Shown here piece by piece: positions 58,675 through 64,000 of a DNA stretch of 64,000 nucleotides. Positions within the stretch are counted from its first letter, which is position 1. Each line of letters starts with the position of its first letter. The notes below the pieces were generated by a model. The model worked only from the letters and a program-made list of their open reading frames with translations, searched no databases and was not told the origin of the DNA. The position numbers and the translations under genes are program-made. Where the stretch lies: assembly GCA_963775465.1 (NCBI GenBank), contig CAVZIW010000015.1, positions 4,217 to 68,216 on the forward strand, written 5' to 3'. The stretch comes from Candidatus Bathyarchaeota archaeon. GTDB lineage: Archaea; Thermoproteota; Bathyarchaeia; Bathyarchaeales; Bathycorpusculaceae.

Positions 58675-60312
58675 ATGAAATGGATAAATTCAGTTAAAAA
58701 CTTCCGTAAAAAAACCGATAAAGACAAGACTCTAAGTCAACGACGAAAACTAGATGTTACCGTTAAGGCTGTTTCGGATATAACAGGAAAAATTAACTCA
58801 ACTACCCCCATTGCACATCAAGTTTCAGAAACTTTTAAAGAACATTACAGTCTTTCTCCGCCTTTTTCGCATGCGGCAATCGTGGAAGATTCAAAGAACG
58901 ATTTGCAGTATTCTGTTCTTGAGCCTACTTTAACTGATTTGGACAAGAAATGGATTCAGGAAATTAAGAGTATTCTTTGGGATGAGCTGTCAATCAATAC
59001 GAAGGGGTTTAGGGATAAGCAAGAGGCTGAGGATTTCCTTAAACTTAAGGTTCTGGAGACTGCTGTAAATTATAAGATTAATGTTGATGCCAACACTTTA
59101 GGAAAGTTTCAGTATTACATTACTCGGGATTTTCTTGGTTTTGGCAAGATAGATGGGATAATGCTTGATGACAACATTGAAGACGTATCTTGTGATGGTA
59201 TCAATTCTCCGGTGTTTGTTTGGCACCGAAAATATGAATCTATTCCGTCCAATGTGACATATGAGTCTCCTGAAGAGCTTGAAAATTTTGTTTTTAAACT
59301 TGCTTACCTGTGCGGCAGACACATTTCAATAGCTCAGCCTATTCTTGATGGCACCCTTCCAGATGGCAGTCGAGCTCAAGTAACGTATGGAACCGAAGTC
59401 ACGCCTAAAGGTAGTACCTTCACCATTAGAAAGTTCAAGAGAAGCCCCCTAACAATCGTCGACTTACTAGTATACAAGGCGTTGTCAACTGAAATAGCCG
59501 CGTACTACTGGTTCCTAATTGAAAACAGACACTCAGTAATGATTGGAGGAGACATCGGAGGAGGAAAAACCTCGATGCTCAACGCCATTAGCCTATTCAT
59601 CAGGCCCACTCTAAAAATTGTGAGCATCGAAGATACCCAGGAAATACGTTTGCCTCATAAGAACTGGGAAATGATGGTTACAAGGCAAGGTTTAGGTACA
59701 GGTGGAGGTGCAGTTGGCGAAGCAGGAATCGGCAGCATAGGCATGTTCGATTTACTCAGGGCTGCGCTAAGACAAAGACCAGACTTCATTATTGTGGGGG
59801 AAATCAGAGGCGAAGAAGCCTATGCCCTTTTCCAAGCTATGGCGACTGGTCACTTAGGTTTGACAACAATACATGCAGAACACGTACAAGGAGTCCTCCA
59901 TAGATTAACTACAAAACCCATGAACATCCCGCAAACACAAGTTGAAAACCTAAACGCCATCTCAATTGTTCGGCGATTAGTAGTAAACAACGTTTCTTTG
60001 AGAAGAACAACCAGCGTCTCGGAAATGGTTGGTTGGGATAAAAAGACTAAGGATTTTAAAGTTCAGGAAATTTTCCGGTGGGATCCAGAAAAAGACATCT
60101 ACCTAAACGTAGCCAGGAGTCCTCTTCTAGACAAAATAGCTGCTCAATGGGGATACTCAAAAGAAAAACTTGATCAAGAACTTGAAATGCGAAAAACAAT
60201 ACTCGACTACATGGTTAGAAAACACATACGCTCCTATGAGGATGTTTCAAAACTAATTTTGGATTACTTCTCTAACCCAAAGCAAATATATCGAAAGGCA
60301 AAAGTGAGTTAA
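58675..60312 (+). CDS. Type IV pilus assembly ATPase (ArlI/PilB/VirB11-like)
   Basis: IEDVSCDG, Walker A GDIGGGKTS, SIEDTQE, ALRQRPDFIIVGEIRG, TTIHA. Confidence 0.95.
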   Translation: MKWINSVKNFRKKTDKDKTLSQRRKLDVTVKAVSDITGKINSTTPIAHQVSETFKEHYSLSPPFSHAAIVEDSKNDLQYSVLEPTLTDLDKKWIQEIKSILWDELSINTKGFRDKQEAEDFLKLKVLETAVNYKINVDANTLGKFQYYITRDFLGFGKIDGIMLDDNIEDVSCDGINSPVFVWHRKYESIPSNVTYESPEELENFVFKLAYLCGRHISIAQPILDGTLPDGSRAQVTYGTEVTPKGSTFTIRKFKRSPLTIVDLLVYKALSTEIAAYYWFLIENRHSVMIGGDIGGGKTSMLNAISLFIRPTLKIVSIEDTQEIRLPHKNWEMMVTRQGLGTGGGAVGEAGIGSIGMFDLLRAALRQRPDFIIVGEIRGEEAYALFQAMATGHLGLTTIHAEHVQGVLHRLTTKPMNIPQTQVENLNAISIVRRLVVNNVSLRRTTSVSEMVGWDKKTKDFKVQEIFRWDPEKDIYLNVARSPLLDKIAAQWGYSKEKLDQELEMRKTILDYMVRKHIRSYEDVSKLILDYFSNPKQIYRKAKVS

Positions 60313-60314
60313 AA

Positions 60315-61196
60315 TTGAAGTATAAACCATGGCTAAAGGCACATGATCTGCTCAGCAAAAGGCTGGAGAGAGCCTACCCGCTGTTTGACGAGTTGCATAT
60401 TCAACTCAAAAAAGGCGGCGTGCTGATTGCTTACAAAGCCTATGTTGCTCTTATGGTTTTTCTTTCAATGCTGGCTCTTATAATTGCAGTTCCCGCAGCT
60501 TTCATTTTGCTGCCGTTTGTCGCTGGGATTGCTATGCTTTCGGTCATGAATTTGTTGCTTAGCTTTGCGATCGGGGTGTCAATAGCCGCAATTACGCTTG
60601 TTATTATGTATCTTTATCCTGGAATGAAGGCAAGTGGCAGAAAAAGACCGATAGAAAATAACCTTCCCTACATAGCAAACTTTCTGACGCTTCTTTCTAG
60701 TTCAAATGTGCCTCCTAGTGTAATTTTCAAGTCGATAGCTCGAATCGATACTCTAAAAGAAATTCGTTACGAATTTACAAGCATCATCAGAGATGTCGAG
60801 ATCTTTGGAAGCGACTTGATGACGTCTATCTTGCAGAATGCGAAGTTGACTCCAAATGACAACCTCAAAGAGATATTGATTGGGTATGTGGCAACGGTTA
60901 GAACCGGCGGAAGCCCCACTGAATACCTTAAGGTTACTTCAGAGAAAGTTACCAAAGAACGGATAGGCAAGCTTGATATGATGCTTGAATCGTTATCCGC
61001 GATAGCCGAGATCTACATTATGCTCTTGGTTGCAGCCCCCCTGCTTTTTGTTGTTCTTTTTGCAACTTTAGGTATGGTAGGTGGAGGAGGATTCCAAGGA
61101 TTGAGTATGGGTACAATACTGTATCTGCTCATCTATCTAGGCATCCCAATCATGGGGGCAATAATGATCGTAATAATGTCAACATTTGAGAAGTGA
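60315..61196 (+). CDS. Type IV pilus membrane platform protein (TadC/PilC-like)
   Basis: IENNLPY, SILQNAKLTP, multiple TM helices. Confidence 0.88.
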   Translation: MKYKPWLKAHDLLSKRLERAYPLFDELHIQLKKGGVLIAYKAYVALMVFLSMLALIIAVPAAFILLPFVAGIAMLSVMNLLLSFAIGVSIAAITLVIMYLYPGMKASGRKRPIENNLPYIANFLTLLSSSNVPPSVIFKSIARIDTLKEIRYEFTSIIRDVEIFGSDLMTSILQNAKLTPNDNLKEILIGYVATVRTGGSPTEYLKVTSEKVTKERIGKLDMMLESLSAIAEIYIMLLVAAPLLFVVLFATLGMVGGGGFQGLSMGTILYLLIYLGIPIMGAIMIVIMSTFEK

Positions 61197-61202
61197 CCAG
61201 AT

Positions 61203-62030
61203 ATGCGCATTACAAAAACCCAAATAAGAAAATTAACGATATACTCAGCGATACTTGGCGTAGTCTTCTTTGCCATATCTGCAGTCTTCTTCCTAACATC
61301 TCCAACGTTGGATTACATGCTTATAGTTGCGCTCACGATTGCTGTTGCTCCACCGAGCGTTGCATCCATCATTCACAGCAGATGGAAACTAAAAATTGAG
61401 CGGGCAACTCCTGAGTTCTTAAGAGATTTAGCAGTTGCCTCGCGAACTGGTATCCCCCTACAGGTTGCTTTGGAGCATGCTTCAAAGCGTTCGTATGGTC
61501 CATTAACATATGAGCTTCAAGTTTTAGTTTCTCACATGAGTTGGGGGATGAATTTTAATGAAGCTCTAACAGCATTTAGTGATAGAATAGATTTGCCGCT
61601 GATAAAGAAAGCAACCGTGCTGATAATTGAGGCAGGTAAACACGGCGGCGATCTTTCAAATATCTTTGATTCTACAGCTCAGTACGTTGAAAACGTTAAC
61701 GCTTGGACTGCAAAAAGAAAAATGCAAACCATGCCCTACGTAGCTATGCTGTACTTCTCAGTCTTCATTTTTTTGTTCATAATCATAATCATCTCCAATC
61801 TGATGTTTGGACCTATGGCTAGCATGTCCTCCTCAGGCTCATCCTTAATTAAGCCAATCTTAAACCCAGAAGATGCAAGAAGATTGTTTTTGCATACTGC
61901 GTTACTTGAATCTCTTTTCGGCGGTTTAATCGCTGGAAAAATCAATGAGGAAAACTTTGCTGACGGCCTAAAACACGTAATGATACTATCAATTGCGTCA
62001 GGAATAGCATTCTATCTCTTCCTCCACTAA
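61203..62030 (+). CDS. Second type IV pilus membrane platform protein (TadC/PilC-like)
   Basis: PEFLRDL...YGPLT.EL...SWG...LIIEAGKHGGDL; FGGLIAGKI. Confidence 0.88.
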   Translation: MRITKTQIRKLTIYSAILGVVFFAISAVFFLTSPTLDYMLIVALTIAVAPPSVASIIHSRWKLKIERATPEFLRDLAVASRTGIPLQVALEHASKRSYGPLTYELQVLVSHMSWGMNFNEALTAFSDRIDLPLIKKATVLIIEAGKHGGDLSNIFDSTAQYVENVNAWTAKRKMQTMPYVAMLYFSVFIFLFIIIIISNLMFGPMASMSSSGSSLIKPILNPEDARRLFLHTALLESLFGGLIAGKINEENFADGLKHVMILSIASGIAFYLFLH

Positions 62031-62076
62031 ATTAACCGTACAAAAACCTAACCCTAATCGAAAAGGATGAATAGGA

Positions 62077-63252
62077 ATGAACGTAAACGATCAATGGAAA
62101 GACAGTTCAGCTGATGATAACAAGTATAGGTTAAAGGTTTCCTTGGATAAAAATAAACATGCAAACAGAAAAGCAGAAGAAGATGATACTGTAGAGCTTG
62201 AAAGAAGAGAAGCCTACATTGAACCCTTAACGCGCATACTCTTAAGAAAAATCTTGGAGAGCGGTGAAGATGAGGAAGTCACTCCGGTTTACCAGCCAGG
62301 TTTAGGATTTGTCTACGAGTTAAGCAATGTAGATGGCCAAGACAACTCCGCTGTAATATCAAAGAATTTTTTGGATAATCTTGTACGATTGGATATTTTA
62401 GAGAAAACTTTCTTCGAATCAGTTTCTGAATGTCCCTATTGCGGATCCACAACCATTACAATCCACAATAAATGCCCAAAATGCAAAAGCCACAACGTTG
62501 ACAAAACAAGCCTAACAGAGCATATTCCCTGTGGAAACATTGATCAAAAAAACATGTACGTCGACAATTGTTGCCCAAAATGTGGCGAACTCTTAGTTGA
62601 AGGTCAGTACAGACATATGGGGCGTTGGTTTATTTGCCGCGAATGTGGAGAGCGATTTGAAAACTTAGATTTAGAGCTTATTTGCAGAAAATGCGGAAAA
62701 AACTTTTCGTTAAAGGAGTCTACGTTGGCGGAGTTTCCAAAGTATTCGCTAAATAAACATAGAAGAAAGGAAATTAGACAGAACGTCGCAAGCCTAGAAG
62801 ATATCACCAAGATTTTTACTGAATTAGGTTTTAGTTTAGAAGTTCCGGGGCTAGTGGTGGGGCAAAAAAGTGGAATGGAACATCATTTCAGCCTTATAGC
62901 CCGAAAAACTGTGAACCAGAAGGAAATAACCGTCGCTCTTGATCATGCCATTAGCGAAGTAGAAGTTCAAGCACAGCCGCTGATACTGTACATCTATAAA
63001 ACCTCTGAAGTAGCAGTTGATTTACCCGTCTTTGTCGCCATCCCCAAGCTTAACGAAACTGCAAAGAAAATTGCACAAGGACACAACATACTCTTGATCG
63101 AAGGATTTATCGGAGAACAAAAAATCTACGAGGAAATTAAGAATCAAATAAAACAACGCATAGACGAACTTGCCCCACAAAATGATAAGCAAAACAAAGC
63201 AAGCCATAACAAACTCAAAGGAATAAACCGGCTGAAAGGTCTAATAAAATAA
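62077..63252 (+). CDS. TackOD1-like multi-zinc-ribbon protein with C-terminal restriction-endonuclease-like domain
   Basis: CPYC, CPKC, H..CG, CPKC, CREC, CRKC array; C-terminal GQKSGMEHHFSLIA pattern. Confidence 0.7.
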   Translation: MNVNDQWKDSSADDNKYRLKVSLDKNKHANRKAEEDDTVELERREAYIEPLTRILLRKILESGEDEEVTPVYQPGLGFVYELSNVDGQDNSAVISKNFLDNLVRLDILEKTFFESVSECPYCGSTTITIHNKCPKCKSHNVDKTSLTEHIPCGNIDQKNMYVDNCCPKCGELLVEGQYRHMGRWFICRECGERFENLDLELICRKCGKNFSLKESTLAEFPKYSLNKHRRKEIRQNVASLEDITKIFTELGFSLEVPGLVVGQKSGMEHHFSLIARKTVNQKEITVALDHAISEVEVQAQPLILYIYKTSEVAVDLPVFVAIPKLNETAKKIAQGHNILLIEGFIGEQKIYEEIKNQIKQRIDELAPQNDKQNKASHNKLKGINRLKGLIK

Positions 63253-63313
63253 GCATAATAGGTGAATTGTTGGAACCGGCCGCATGATAAAAGAATGGCG
63301 ATCAGACAGTTCT

Positions 63314-63742
63314 TTAGTGCAGCTCAACGATTTTGATTTCTGCATTGAAGCGTTTTAGGTCTTTATCTTGGGAATATATGAGGTCGACTTCTTGGTTAAG
63401 TGCCGTGGCTACGATTAAAGCGTCGGGTAGTCTTCCACCTCTTTTCGCTCTCAGGTTGGCAGCCAAATCGGCGATTTCAAAACTAACTGGCACTATTTTG
63501 AAGCTGCATAGAGTTAAATCGTTTAGAAGTCTCTTAATTGTACCTGCCTTTTCGTTATCATCTAACATGTAGAATCCGGTCAAGATTTCAGCGACTGTTA
63601 CTGTTGAAATGACGCCTTCATTTTCCGATTTCATGAAGGTACTTAGTATCTTCTCAGTTTGGTTTGCTTGAGGCTCAATTCCTTCTAAGAAGTAAATCAG
63701 GATGTTGGTGTCTAAACATATTTTCAATGCTGGCATTCCCAT
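63314..63742 (-). CDS. vapC: VapC PIN-domain toxin
   Basis: LDTNILIY, TVAEI, PDALIVATA, SQDKDL. Confidence 0.9.
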   Translation of the reverse strand: MGMPALKICLDTNILIYFLEGIEPQANQTEKILSTFMKSENEGVISTVTVAEILTGFYMLDDNEKAGTIKRLLNDLTLCSFKIVPVSFEIADLAANLRAKRGGRLPDALIVATALNQEVDLIYSQDKDLKRFNAEIKIVELH

Positions 63743-63957
63743 TCTTCACGAAGTTTTTTCTGGTACTTGATTGGGTCCCCGAAGACGCCTTCTCCAAGAC
63801 CCTTCATTTCGCCTACGGGATTGAAAGGTTTTAAGAACAAACCTTCGTTTGTTTCGTTAATTTCAAGGATTATTCCTCTTTCAATTTTTAGTTTCTTGCG
63901 AAACTTTTTTGGAATAACTACTTGCCCACGTATACCGACTTTAATTTTTTCTGACAT
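63724..63957 (-). CDS. vapB: AbrB/SpoVT-type VapB antitoxin
   Basis: KVGIRGQVVIPKKFRKKLKI; overlaps vapC. Confidence 0.88.
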   Translation of the reverse strand: MSEKIKVGIRGQVVIPKKFRKKLKIERGIILEINETNEGLFLKPFNPVGEMKGLGEGVFGDPIKYQKKLREEWECQH

Positions 63958-64000
63958 ACGAATTATCAGATAAATAATAGTTATGCGTAGAAATAAAGTT

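Noticed and set aside
56528-62030. Archaellum operon
   Set aside because: No ArlF/G/H (KaiC-like) genes; two TadC-like genes and pilin-type N-termini point to a type IV pilus.
1-64000. CRISPR array, tRNA, rRNA, transposase or integrase
   Set aside because: No regularly spaced repeats, cloverleaf/T-loop signatures outside CDS, or DDE/tyrosine recombinase motifs were seen.

Overview
Archaeal chromosome segment, most likely class Bathyarchaeia (inferred from gene content: rpl35ae, DGGGP synthase, thermosome, EndA, TackOD1, DUF5752, and an expanded family of PQQ-like beta-propeller surface proteins). The first ~21 kb is largely housekeeping and stress genes: glyS end, DUF47, endA, sugar-phosphate nucleotidyltransferase, DGGGP synthase, TRAM, Hsp20, thermosome, radical SAM, rpl35ae. 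The rest is a cell-surface and accessory region. It holds five ~830-910 aa membrane-anchored PQQ-like beta-propeller paralogues. Four of them have an operator-like inverted repeat at the promoter, two sit in a duplicated [surface gene <- promoter -> TrmB] cassette, and two share a perfect 81-bp tract. The region also has a secreted multicopper oxidase, a Mo-cofactor-domain protein with a frameshifted PEF-CTERM-like anchor, a type IV pilus operon ending in a TackOD1 protein, small regulator/surface-protein modules, decayed TA fragments and a vapBC pair. Several genes appear to start at near-cognate codons (ACG twice, CTG once) or carry single-base lesions; assembly error cannot be excluded. No rRNA, tRNA, CRISPR array or transposase was recognised. 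All family assignments come from motif recognition by eye, not database searches.
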